The notes beneath the pieces are model-generated. The model was not told the DNA's origin. It made no database searches and saw nothing but the letters and a program-made list of their open reading frames with translations. Source: the human T2T-CHM13v2.0 reference genome, Homo sapiens. From it: a stretch of DNA of 64,000 nucleotides. The number at the start of each line of letters is the position of its first letter. The stretch's first letter is position 1. This document shows positions 41,010 to 53,500 of the stretch, piece by piece. Both the position numbers and the translations under genes were made by a program. The stretch lies in NCBI RefSeq assembly GCF_009914755.1, contig NC_060939.1. One strand, 5' to 3'.

Positions 41010-41208
41010 AAAATAGACTTAATTTCTTTTAGAACAGTTTTAGGTTCACAACAAAATTGAGTAGAAGGGACAGAGATTTCTCATACAGCTCCTGCCCCCC
41101 CACAGCTGCCCCACCACCCCTGCTCCACCCAGCCCCCTCCCCCTTGTTATAATTGATAAGCCTACACTGACACACCATTGTCACCCCAGGTCCACAGTTT
41201 ACATCAGG
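41010..41208 (-). mobile_element. L1MC/MD 3' terminus inserted in a MIR (~40970-41330)
   Basis: TTTTAGAACAGTTTTAGGTTCACAACAAAATTGAGTAGAAGG..GTCCACAGTTTACATCAGG; the MIR core TTTTAGAGATAAGGGAACTGAGGCAGAG follows. Confidence 0.82.
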
Positions 41209-42289
41209 AAATCTCTTAAGGACTTAATGTGCATTAATTCTTTTCATAGTTTCAAAAACATTGATATTAGTTCCATTTTAGAGATAAGGGAACTGAGGCA
41301 GAGAAGAGTTAAGTCGCATCAGGGTGATTTCTGAGATTTGGCCAATTTCAAACCCTAACCCGGTTGATTAACTACTTCTCATTACTGAAGTACCCCAATG
41401 AAATAAATCAACAGCATTTGTTGGGTACCCATACGTTTGTTGAGATTTTGGTGAGATGATGTCAATCATGCTAGTTCGGCAAGAATATCCCCATTTCATG
41501 GACAAAGTAACCCAATTTCAGAGGAGGAAAAGCTAGGATTTCCATACTGGTCCATGACATGGAGCCTGCAACATTATCACATGGCCTCTGTCCCCATATT
41601 CCCGTGTTCTGAAGGAAAAGCTGCCCAGTTAATGAGTAATTGTGCCATGCATGGCTTGAATGGCTGTGTTTTTTATAACAATGATACTCAAACTTGAGGT
41701 CCATGGATTTTATAAAATCACAGAAACAACTAACTTCACTTGAAGGGTATGTACTTCTATTTTTTATTTTCTACACAAGTGAATTCCTGATTAGACATTT
41801 TATTGAGACAGAAATGAGTGTATATAAAGGAAGAAATTCTAAAATATTTGTTCATTAAGCCCAGTGACTTGAAAATAACCTCAAGATCAATTAAAATATA
41901 GGAAGTAGAGGGAGCCATAAGTTGTGGTATGAGTTTAAAAGACCACATCACAGAAAAGAAAAAGATTTTTTTTAAAGTATCAACAATAGAAATTGTTCTA
42001 GAAGTTTATGCGCAGGAAAATTGGGAAGCCCATGCTTCCCAATTTTCTTTGTGTTTTAAAAAGCCATGCATACAGCTCTTGCTCTTTGATTTTCCCAAAA
42101 TGAATCTGGAAGCCTCGAATTAGCATTAAATGGAATAATTTGTAAGTGCCCCCTCCCCTCAGACACTTACCCTTTCTTTTATTGTCTAGAATTTTGTTGG
42201 AGGTATCCTTGGACTCCAACAGGCAAGTCTAACTTGCTTTTCTAGTGTCATACCCAAAATACCAATTAAGTTGAATAGGGAAATGAATA

Positions 42290-43030
42290 TACTTATAAAT
42301 TTTTGACAGCCACTGACGGCGATAAGGCAGTCCTTGGCCATAACTTGAAATCAGTTATCAGGGGATACCAGAGGAACAGAAAGTTGTTTTTGCCAAGCCC
42401 TTGCAGCCTCCTTTCCTCACATTGGCCAGATGGCCTGGAGGTGGCACTTGCAGCTGCTTCTGGAAGGAACCTGCTGCAAACACACAGGCATCCTTGACAC
42501 TGCCACCGCACTTGCATTCCAAAGGGAAGAAGTCCTGTTTGGAAAAGAAAAAAAAAAAAAAAATCAAATGGCTACCTCTTGCCCCAACCTCGCTGTCCCC
42601 TACCCCTATGTTCTGTCCAAAAGAAAAATCCCTCAGCCGCAATGGTTGTTTTTATTAAATTCTCCTCAATAAAAAGCTCAGGCAGGATTTATTAGGTACT
42701 CAGGGCGGACGTTTAGTATTTCGCCAGTTATTAAGTGAAAATCAATAGAAAGCAAAGAAAATGGAAGTCACTGCACTGTTAGCGCACTGTTGTCGCCCAG
42801 ATATTATGTCGGCTGTCTTGTAGATTCATGACAGACGAAAGAGGCCGGGAGAGAACTTTCTGCTTACATTGCACGAGCCAAAGTGGGGTTATTCATTAGA
42901 GCAGGCAGCCGGCCAGATGGATTTCCAGTTCAGTTTTACCATTTATCTTTAAAACGCCTGTATCGAGTGAGAAAGAACACTGATATTATGTGATATCAAT
43001 GGCAGGTTTATGTATCTAAATCAGGATTTA
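42290..43030. promoter_or_regulatory. Candidate conserved enhancer
   Basis: 12 CpGs in 42700-42970; TTTTATTAA, CAATAAAA, GATTTATTA (Hox/Cdx-type), AAATCAATA (Onecut-type), TGACAG, CAGATG. Confidence 0.5.
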
Positions 43031-43891
43031 TTGTTATTTTGTTCCAAAGACCTTTTTTTCTCAAGAAATACCATTTCACTGGAAGAAAATAATAGCTAAA
43101 ACCTTGTCAAAGATAACCTTTCATGCTGTCCGTGCAGCACTAGCTGTAAAACAAATAGAACCCAGGATATAAATAGTTTTAACCACATCCTTACAAATCA
43201 TTTCTTCTGAATCTGTTTTCCCCATTTCAATATATATATATTTTTAATGCCACATACATGATTTTGGGTCATTCAATGTTTTCTTTGCCTGTAGTTTAGC
43301 TCTAAATAATGTCAGCAATTATTTTAATTCCATCTAAAAGCTTTAGCTGTTTTGTGTTCTTCTGTGGAATGCCACATTTCTCAAAAGCGTTCTTTGGAAA
43401 AAGCAAAGAGATCTGCTGTTTTTTTTTTCTTCCCTGCCTTAGAATGAGCTTTAGAGTCAAAAACACCCATCATCTTTTTTCAACTACTTCAGGGTCTTCA
43501 AAAGCTAGGACATGTTTTCTTTTCACTTGAATTCACATTTTTGGTAGCGTCCGGGTTTTCCGATTCCCTCTCATCTAAAGGACAGATTACAGGAGACCTG
43601 GGCAGATCCAATCTCCAGTCAATCCTGCTAAGTAACAAAGGTGGCCAAATACCAGGATGAACCATTGTATCCACTTTATAAACAGCTCTCAAGAAAATAC
43701 AGTCAATATATTTGTAAAATGTCATTAGTGACACTTTGTGATTAGGAGAAAAATTATACCTGGGTTTTGACTGAAGCGGTTGCCAATAAAGAAATGTGAA
43801 TGTATTTTTAAGCTACCTTATTTTTACTTTTTCTATCCTTTGGGTTTGGGAAAAGAGAAGATACATTTAGGTTTATATGGATCAATATTAG

Positions 43892-44241
<350 letters not shown>

Positions 44242-44642
44242 AATATGCACTATTAAGTGTCACCGACTTAGAAAAATTATCTAAAAACCAACTGAAAGCT
44301 TTTTGCTACCATTGGACAAAAGTGCTATTATATTGAAAAGTAAGAAAATAAAAGTAAAAGATAGATTATAAAATAGTTGTTCCTTAATAGTCTTCTTTAT
44401 CTAACTAACTAAATTCCTCAAACATATTGAAGAGCTCAATTATACCAGGAATCCCTTCTTGTAGTTTTCTATTTAGCAGTTTTTCGCTTTTTAAACCTGC
44501 ATTGACAATCCAAAGGGAACTTTCCTTTAGGATGGCGCCCTCCAATAAAACACAGAAAGTTCTTTATAATTCTCACTTTTTAAGAAAAACTATTCTAAAA
44601 CCCTGTATAAATTTTGCATGTGTGTTTGGACCTGTTGATCAG

Positions 44643-44895
44643 GAGGCAATAGAGAATAGTGGTTAAGAAAATGGGCTCTGAAATTAGATTACATAAGTTC
44701 AAATCACAGTCTGTCACTCCCTGGCAGTATGATTTGGGGAAATTATTATAGCACTATGCCTCAGCTTTCTCATCTGCATAAAAAAGACAATAACCTTATA
44801 GGTTTCTTGCCAAGAATACAGGGGTCAGTATAGGTAAAGTTCATAGACTATCACTTGCTCGATGTTAAGTCCTCAAAGCATTAGGTAGCTATTAC
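44643..44895 (+). mobile_element. MIR
   Basis: TAGTGGTTAAGAAAATGGGCTCTG..GTTCAAATC..GCCTCAGCTTTCTCATCTG. Confidence 0.8.
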
Positions 44896-45834
44896 TTTGA
44901 GTATACAAAATCCAGAACACCAACTCATCCATGCTGATGCTTTGATTTTCCAAGAAAATGGAATATAGTCCCACAGAGATTCAATTAACCCTCCATTTTC
45001 ATATTTACTAATGTATTTGGACCCTGCAGAAAGATACAGTCTTAAGCTTCAGCTGTAATGAGAATCTCACTTAAACCAAAATTTTGTATTAAATGAATTT
45101 GCCTTAAAAAAGTCTCTTTTTTTGGGATCAACATTCAATCTGAAACACTAAAAATAGTCTATAGGCAAAAACCACATTATTGATTTATTAATAGCTGTAC
45201 TGATACAATAGTCATGAGGCTTAATGTCTGATTGGGGACCTATTTATAGACATCTTAATTTGTTGAAAACAATGTCTAGCTATTTCGTTCTAACAAATAA
45301 CATTAGCAACACACGCAGTTATGAAGAAAGAAATGATATTGCTAATTAATACGACTTGAGCAGTGAGAAAACTAAGACATTAATGCCAAAGAAAATCAAA
45401 GTTGATGACTTGGATTCATTGCCCATATGCATCATGTCACTTGAATAGTTGCCAAGCCTGTGTCTTACTTTGACTTTATAGTATCAGCCCACTAGCCTTT
45501 TATCTTGCTTACCCTCTCTACACATCAGGTTTCTTACTTGTAGAGGCAGTATAATACGCCTTCTTTATTCACCCTACAGTTGAGGACTGAAGGAGAAAGC
45601 GTAAAACACTTATTAAAAGAAAACGATACTTTTTACAGTCAGACTGGTGGGAAAATCAGTACAATTAATAAAACAGTGATGTTAGGAAAGAGTGACTACT
45701 GTCTGCTTTATTGCCTATTCATACGTACGCCTACATTTGTTCAACAAAAGTTGTTTGAACGCCAAAGACATGGAGGTTCAGAGCCTAAGTTGGCCCCAGC
45801 TGCCTAGCCCCACCCTTCCCTCTCCCTCTGGGTG

Positions 45835-46015
45835 TCTGTAAGTGGTTTAACCTCTCTGTGCTTCAGATTCTTTGTTTGCAATATTGCGATAACAATAGCA
45901 GCCAGTTATGTACTAAAGGAGATAAATAGTACCTACTTATGTATTAAGTAAGATCATACATATAAAGTGCTTACAATAGCACCTAATAAACACTCCATTA
46001 TGGTTTCACTATTAT
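45835..46015 (+). mobile_element. MIR
   Basis: TTTAACCTCTCTGTGCTTCAG..TATAAAGTGCTTACAATAGCACCT. Confidence 0.7.
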
Positions 46016-46323
46016 TTGCTTTCCAAGTGCACAATATAATGCTGATCAATTCAGAAGACAAGACCCTGACCTCATGAGCTGATCAGAAAATCGGCCTCAT
46101 CTTAGATCAGAAAATTCAGATAAACATATAGGCAATTTTTATAGGGTGGGATATTAAAAAATGACATCCCAACTCTCATTGAAGGAATGAGATGGAGGTA
46201 GAAAAGACTTCCTTGTGGAAGTGATAGCTAAGCTGAAAAATTAAAGATGAAGTCAGAAGGTAGAAAAGGTGGCTATAAACCTGAGGTGTTTAATGAAACC
46301 CCCTGCTATAAATGAATGGCCTA

Positions 46324-46491
46324 CAGCTGCACTTCCCGATATGGTGGCCACAGCCACATACAGCTATGGAGGGCTTGAAACGTACCTAATGCATGAGAGG
46401 AACTAAATTATGTTCGTTCATTTTAATTTTTTTTTCAAATTTAAATTTAAATAGCCACACGAGCCTAGTGGCTAAAGCACTGGGCAACTCA
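46324..46491. mobile_element. MER3 (hAT-Charlie) within a minus-strand L2 remnant (~46050-46740)
   Basis: GATATGGTGGCCACAGCCACAT..CTTGAAA..AATTTAAATTTAAATAGCCACA..CTAGTGGCTA. Confidence 0.78.
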
Positions 46492-47069
46492 GCTCTAGAC
46501 AGAGGGAAAAACACATGCAAAGGTCTAGAGATAAGAGAATTCTTCTATTCTGAAGACCTGATATTTTGAAAAACAGTAGATTCTTGAAGGATGTGACTTC
46601 TGGAAATCAGCAGAGGCGATGCATGGTTTACTGCAAAGTTCACGCATTCACTGAAGCTATGGAAAACCACTGAATGATAATAAGAAGGAGAGTGATACAA
46701 TCAGTTTTGAAATTTAGTAAGATCTCTCCAGCCATAGTTATAATAGTAGCTAGAATTAGTAACACTTTATAGTTTACACACTTTTTGGATAACCTGACCT
46801 CTCTTAATATTCAAATCCCCTGTATGAGGTAAGTCTATACTTCCTTTTCTATATCTTATTCATTGTGTCTCCAATCAGCAGCCTATGCTCTTGCCCATAT
46901 CCCTTAGAAGACAGACCTGATAAAAGGAAAACATTTGCATGATATCAGTGCGCAGACTCATTCATTCCGATGTTCATAAATTAATCTGGAAAACAGCAGC
47001 AGTTACTTCCAAAGAAATGTTTAAGAATCATTTTCCTCAGTGTGACCTGACTGTAAAAGTACAAATGCA

Positions 47070-47890
47070 TTCAGTCGTGGTCCCATGGGCCGTCCCCCAC
47101 TCCCAGCACATTAGTTAACTCCTCTTGCTGTTGCCGGCGAGAGCCTGAGCTGCTCCGTGCGCACAGAGTGATGAGGGATGAGCCTGCCTCACCCGGGTTC
47201 CTGCGGACTTCCCCTCACTCCCACATCTGTATCCCTCCTTGCCTCGCAGACAAGTTGAAAAGAGAACCCGGACTAGGCAGGGGTATCCACTGCAATATGC
47301 TGACGGTCTGGCTGCTGACCTGAATCTCCATGTCAGGTCTGAGTAGATAAAAGGTGGCATTTTTGTAAGTGGGGATGAGGAAGGAGCACGGCCACTCTGC
47401 CCTGGAGTCAGCGCTTCTTACCAACACGTGCACTCACCTGCAACATTAACCCAGCGATTCTCTTAGTAAGAAATTTTCAAAAACAAAAATATGCTAACGT
47501 TTGATTTGATTACATCAAGTTATTTTTTCTCTCTTTTTAAAAGGAAGATTATTAATAAAATCACACTTCCTTAAAAGAAAAAAAAAACAGGGACTGTCAA
47601 TGCTGCACTAATTTGATTACACACTGGCACTGTAAGACACTAATGTAAATATTCTGGTGAGTAGGCATAAGACACTTGAAGTAATTACTTAAGGACTCCC
47701 TTTCAAACAATCGCTCCCTTTTTTTATTAAATGCCTTTTAACATTAGCACTTTCTTCCTGACAAATTAAATGAAATTTCATTACTCTCCCTGACTTAATG
47801 GCATTAGGCTCCCGCCTAGGTGTGAGTTAACCCTCCCAGGACAGCTGACAACGGCTCCCACACTCCGTCAAAATGGCACTGTCCTAACTC
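47070..47890. promoter_or_regulatory. Candidate bipartite conserved enhancer (CpG-rich half plus homeodomain-rich half)
   Basis: 15 CpGs in 47075-47460; TAATTTGATTA (P3 homeodomain-dimer site) at 47609-47619, CTGTCA, AACAAT, TTTTATTAA. Confidence 0.5.
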
Positions 47891-48104
47891 ACAAGAGAAA
47901 AGAAGCCTGGAAGAATCCTTTGTGTTTTTACCAGAGCTTCCGGAATCCTTCATTTCTTTGATGTTTTTTCAGCTGTGATCCTTGCAAAAATCTAAGAAAC
48001 CAGTGGTATTGTTGTTTTCCAGTGTTCTTGAGTTCACCGCCAAAAAAAAAAAAAAAAAAAAAGAAAGAGTATCTTTCACTGAGACTCTAATAGTGACAAC
48101 AAGG

Positions 48105-48320
48105 ATAACAATAACGGCAAACAGTTATACAGTACTTCTTAAATATCTTCTAAGCAATTTAGCTCTTTTAACTCATTTAAACCCCAACAAAACACTATAA
48201 GGTAAATACTGTTAATTCCTACTCTCAAAATAAGGAAATTAAAGTACAACATGGTTGAGCAATTTACCCAAGGTCACATAGTTAAAAAGCAACAGAGCTA
48301 GGATTCAACCCAATCAGCCA
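48105..48320 (-). mobile_element. MIR (a second fragment follows to ~48460)
   Basis: AACTCATTTAAACCCCAACAAAAC..TAAGGAAATT..AATTTACCCAAGGTCACATAG..CAGAGCTAGGATTCAACCC. Confidence 0.8.
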
Positions 48321-49739
48321 GCTATTGTCAGACACTTTTATACATATAATTATTGAATCTTCAGCCCTGGATTGACATAGACTTATTTCCATATTCCTTT
48401 TTACATTTGTGCAAATCAAGATTCGGACATGTTAAACGACAAGTTCTAGATCATGCAGTTTGTGCCACCCAGGAACTTGTCACCAGCCATGTCTTCTTGA
48501 CAAATGAGCTTCGAAATTAAGTTTCCAAAGGATGGTCTCTGAAAAATGGTGTTTCTATACCCCCTTCATTACACTTATTAAGAAAAAAAGCTAATGACTT
48601 ACTTTTAAAAGAAAAAAAAGGAAATAGAGATTACTGTAAGATTGAATTTATTTCTAATACTTTAGGAATTAAATTATAAAGTGACAAGAAAAATTACAGA
48701 ATAATTGCTCAGGAACTGTGGGTCTGAGGTCCTCGTCCTACAAATCTCAGTATGAACTAAAAACAAATATGTGCTAATTTTTGTTAAGAGAACAGTTGAG
48801 AAAACCTTCACAAAGTGAACACTGCAAGAGTCGTTCTGTTTTTAGATAGAACTTGTGCCTGGGAGTATGCCAGAGAGACACTCCCAAGATACGTGTAACA
48901 CTGATAAGAATGGCATGAGTGAGTTCCCTAAATTGTGTCCCTGGCATTTTTTATTTAGCTATCTTTTTTGGGATACATGGTCATATTTTCTACCCACCAA
49001 GTTTTACCTCTAATATTTTTAAAGTCTACTAATTTTTTTTCTTGTTTAGACCTAACTTTCTTTCTTACTCTTATTTTGGACTTAATTTTATTCCATCTTC
49101 CAGGGTTACAATACATTTAGAGGTCTGAACAACACAGAAGCATAATGAGAGAACATTCTATCTGGTCAACTTTGAATTTCTGCAGACAGGGCCAACTTTT
49201 AATGAGAATACATTTTTATTTTACTTCCCTTCTCTCTATCTGACCCAGTGATACTTCTCTTTGGCTGAAATTGTTTTCTCTACATAATCCTTTTTCCTGT
49301 CTGTGTCACCAGTAGCTGGGACTTCCCGATGTCATGTTCCATCTTACCAAAAGGGTGTCCTTTCTAAGACCTCAGGCCATGTGGAAGAAAAATAATCAGC
49401 TCAAAGTTCAGAAGACAAATGTTACAAGGGGGAATTTTTTTTCTCCCCTTGGTTGTTCTTAAACATATGTAGCTTTAAGGATCAGTATGTCAGTGTTTTG
49501 AAAGAAGCAAAGACTGAATTTATTTTGGTGGCGCTATCAGATTCTGAGGAGCTGGACCATTTGTTTTCCTCTTGTGAGGTCCAGGTAAAAGTTCATTCCC
49601 TCCATGGCCTGGTGCTTCTGACAAACAAAAATCAAGGACCCAAAATAAGTATTTTATCTAAAAAATGTGAACTATCCCAAAACAAACATGAAAAAGCACA
49701 GCTGCCAAATTCCACAAGTAAAAAGAGTTGGAGGTTGAG

Positions 49740-50330
49740 ACAGCCCACGATCTCGCTGGGGAGTAATGGGTAAAGTTTGGCCAGCTGCCCTTAAGGCCTT
49801 GAGGGACACTCAATCCAATTGCTGTGTCTTAGCGGATGTGAATTTCAAGGTTACACCTGGGTGTTCAAGGGCAGGGCCAAGTGTAATCGGCACTTAGATC
49901 ATAGATTAATCTTATTTGCCATCTATTAGGTTTGATTCCTTTTCCCTCTCTCCCTCCCTAAAGCCAGGATTATTGTGATAGTTTAAGATAATGGATTCTA
50001 ACGGAAGAAAGGTCACGCAGGCATGGAGATTTGGAACCTTAAGATAATATGATTAATCTAAAAGCTTCTTTCTCCAAGGGGAGGGCCGCACTTTTCATAT
50101 GTCTAATTGAGAGAAGAGAGCTGAAAGACCGAGAAAGAGCAACAGCAGAGGAGTGTAAAGGAACTGAGTCCTTGTCAACAACTGCAATTAATTATCATTG
50201 TCAGGATGATCTTTCATTAGTTTTCACACTAATAAGATAGATCTGCCTCATGCCTGAGGCTGATAAAACCTTATTGGCAATGTTGATAAGAATATGTCAG
50301 TATGGAGAGCGATTCATGGACATCTTTATT
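49740..50330. promoter_or_regulatory. Candidate enhancer with a K50-homeodomain and GATA motif cluster
   Basis: AGATTAATCT 49903-49912, GGATTA 49967-49972, GATTAATC 50051-50058, AGATAA x2, TGATAA x2, 8 CpGs. Confidence 0.45.
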
Positions 50331-50453
50331 TTATTTTTCTAATTTTCCAAAACTAAATGACTAGCTGGATATTGCCAAAAGTGACTACATCTAGGTTCTT
50401 AAGGCTATGAAATGCAGCAAAAGTCCTTAGCAAAGCAGCATGATTGGCATAAT

Positions 50454-50587
50454 CTAAACAACAGGTAAATGTTAACCATTGTTATAAATGCTATCAATAC
50501 GTAAGTGCATATTATGTAACCTAAACAATAGGCAAATGTTGACCATTGTTATAAATGCTATAAAAATAAGTATATACATATTATATA
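50454..50587. repeat. Diverged two-copy tandem duplication, period 67
   Basis: CTAAACAA(C/T)AGG(T/C)AAATGTT(A/G)ACCATTGTTATAAATGCTAT at 50454 and 50521. Confidence 0.92.
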
Positions 50588-53500
50588 TTTTAAGGTATGT
50601 AGTCTAATCTTATCCCTTTCAGGTAGTTCAAGATAACCCTAACTAACCAACTTGGAGAGATCCATAGAAGGAAATTAAGAGTAATATTTATTTGTTTATT
50701 AATCATGATGCATCAAGATTCGAGGCTTCTGATAAGAAATCATTAGACTTGGTCCACTTGCAAGAAAATTAGAAATTAAATGCAAATATGGGTTCTCTAC
50801 TATCATTTTTTTTCTTTTTTCTAGGACAGAAACTGTTTTACTCTTTATTTATTGTAACTGCCAAAATACATTCATCATTGTGGCTCACTGTGATTTTGGG
50901 GTTACTTAAAATGAATAGAAATATGTATCCCCTTGCTTGAAATATATACATGTATATTTCTTTTCTTATATACATACATATAGTAAAGCCACTTTCATTA
51001 CATTTAACTTGCTCTATTGTCCTCATGCTGTTAGATTGTTTAAGGCAAACAACAGAGAAGAGGGATGGACCTCCGGGGTGGCCAGTTTGCTTCCAAATGC
51101 TCAAATGTGTGGCCTTGGGGAGAGAAATCTGGTATTTTTATCTGTAATGTATAATTTTTCTAAATAAGATTCTTCCTTTTAACAAATAGAACTTTCTTGG
51201 TTTATTCCCTCAGTAAAAAAGAGGGCAACATGTTTTTTTTCTTTAACCAAGATGACAGAATAGGAGAGGAGACCATTCCTGAATGTGCAGGACCCAGTGC
51301 AAGGGCTAAAGAGTGGCAATACAATTAGAATGTGAGATATGCCTGTTTAATATAATCTGTGAGGTAGTAATATATGCCAATCATCATTCAGTGAGATTCT
51401 CAAGACTCTGAACAGTATAAAAGCTATACGAAATAATTAGTTCTCAGTAAGAACCATGTAGCCTAGCATGAAAACCAGCTGCATCATGAGTGGAAACGCC
51501 TGTGTTCAAATCAGACTAACATGCAGTTGCTTCAAGATGAAGTTCAGATAAGGTAGAGCAAATTGATGCTGAGCACGTGCAAAAATAAAACACATTCCTC
51601 TGGGTAAAACTGGATTTTTTGGAAATTTCAAGCTTTCCACTAAATAATGCTTTAATTCATTGACTTCCCAACTTGAAAATATACTAGTCAGTCATAAATT
51701 CATTCTGTAACCCAAAGAAGTGAAAAAAATATTTGTAGATTCTGGGACAGACTATTATTTTCCCATGCTCTAAAACCAAATTTTTATTGAGTTTTAAAAG
51801 TCTACTTTTTAACATGTGTAAAAATGGAGCATTTGGGAGTATAAGAAGACAAAATATGGGGATTCACATGCTGACCCTTAGTTTCTGGCCGGTTGTTACA
51901 AGTGGTTGAGATTGAAATGTTCTGGACCAGTGTATAATATCAGCTCTTAAATGTTTTGTTTAATTTCAAAGTTTGATAATGGCAAAAAAAAAAAAAACAA
52001 ATATTATGTTCTGGAATCTCATTCTGCTCTTCAGAACAACCACCATAAAACACACCAAAGCAAAAACAAAACAAATACTGGTTTTGCCCATTCAGTTTAT
52101 TCTGAGCTGGAAAGTTCCAGGAAGGCTGGCTGGGCCCCTGTCTGTCATATTCCTTTCTATCCTAATCTCATTCCCACATTCTGATTTTTCCTATCCACAG
52201 AACGAGGTGTTGGCATTCAGCAACCCCCATACATCAAAGCTTTACCTAATATATGATGTGTTTATTCTTCCCAGCCACAGGGCATATCACTCTCAAATGA
52301 CTGACAACAACTCTAAAATGAAGTGGGCCCGAAGTGGGTTCTAATAGTTATGGGAAGCCTCTGTAGTCAAACATAAAGCAAATTAATGTGAGCCCCCTCC
52401 TGCACCTTCATTCTGGAAATGTCATAAAGTAATAAGCATGGAGACCCTCACAATGTCAAGGACTGGATTTCAATAGATTTACATATTAAAGGCACAGGAC
52501 ACATTTCGTTAGCACTAACATCAAACTTGTAAGTTTCTAAATTATAAGTTCTTTATTTTAAAAATCAGTTCTTATTGTGGGCTGAATGCACAGAAGAGTA
52601 ATGATATAAATGCAATTGTACATCTATTTCACCCATCATAGTTTAATTTTAAAGGGCAAATTAAGCAAAGACTTAGAAACAACTTGTACGGCTATGAATT
52701 ACCCATATTTCTATGGTGTCACATTGTGTTTGTGTGTATGTATGTGTATCTCAAGACTGGTGTAGAGAAACAAATGAGTGAAGGAAATAGAGAAAGGAAC
52801 AGTACGTATTGACAACAAATTTTTAGTGAATTCTGATTTTACCTCACTCCAACAGTGCCGGGGAAAATGCTCAAGAGGAATGTTGTTGATAGACTCCATT
52901 GTTGTTTTGCCGTAGGAGACTTACAAAAGCAAACTCGACATTTTTTTCAATCTTTGAACCTGTAATATCCTAAAATATCAGGTCTAAAAATGTATCACAA
53001 AGCCATCTACTCTGTGACTAGATGACTGGAGAAGAGATAAGCCTTTGTGTCCCTGATCATCAGGTTGCTTGGGTAAATTCCTTTGTTCTCTGGTTGTGTT
53101 CGAGATGACTTTCCTACCATGTCAGTCATCAGACTAACCAAGTAAGTTACCAGTATGCCAAGTGAACACAAGACATGTATATGCACATTTATACACGTTT
53201 TCTGTTTCTCTCTCTCACGTGTGTGCAGGCACACACACACACACACGTTTTGCTTATTTCCTCTGGAAGCAATAAAAAACAACTCAGCACTGTGCATAAA
53301 ATTGGGAATATACATGAGCACACAAGAAGATTTCGTCTTGTTTTTTAGTTGCTGCCAGGATGTCCTAGAAGAATTATTTCTTTCACATTTCAAGTCAGTT
53401 TATGAATAAAGTGCAAGGTAAGCTTTCTTCTGAGTGAATATAAGGCAATTTACCTCTTATCGAAGAAACCGAGTAAGGTTTTCAAACCCTGCTAATTTTA

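Noticed and set aside
47075-47460. CpG-island promoter
   Set aside because: Too short and CpG-sparse for a canonical island, with no downstream exon structure; kept only as an enhancer candidate
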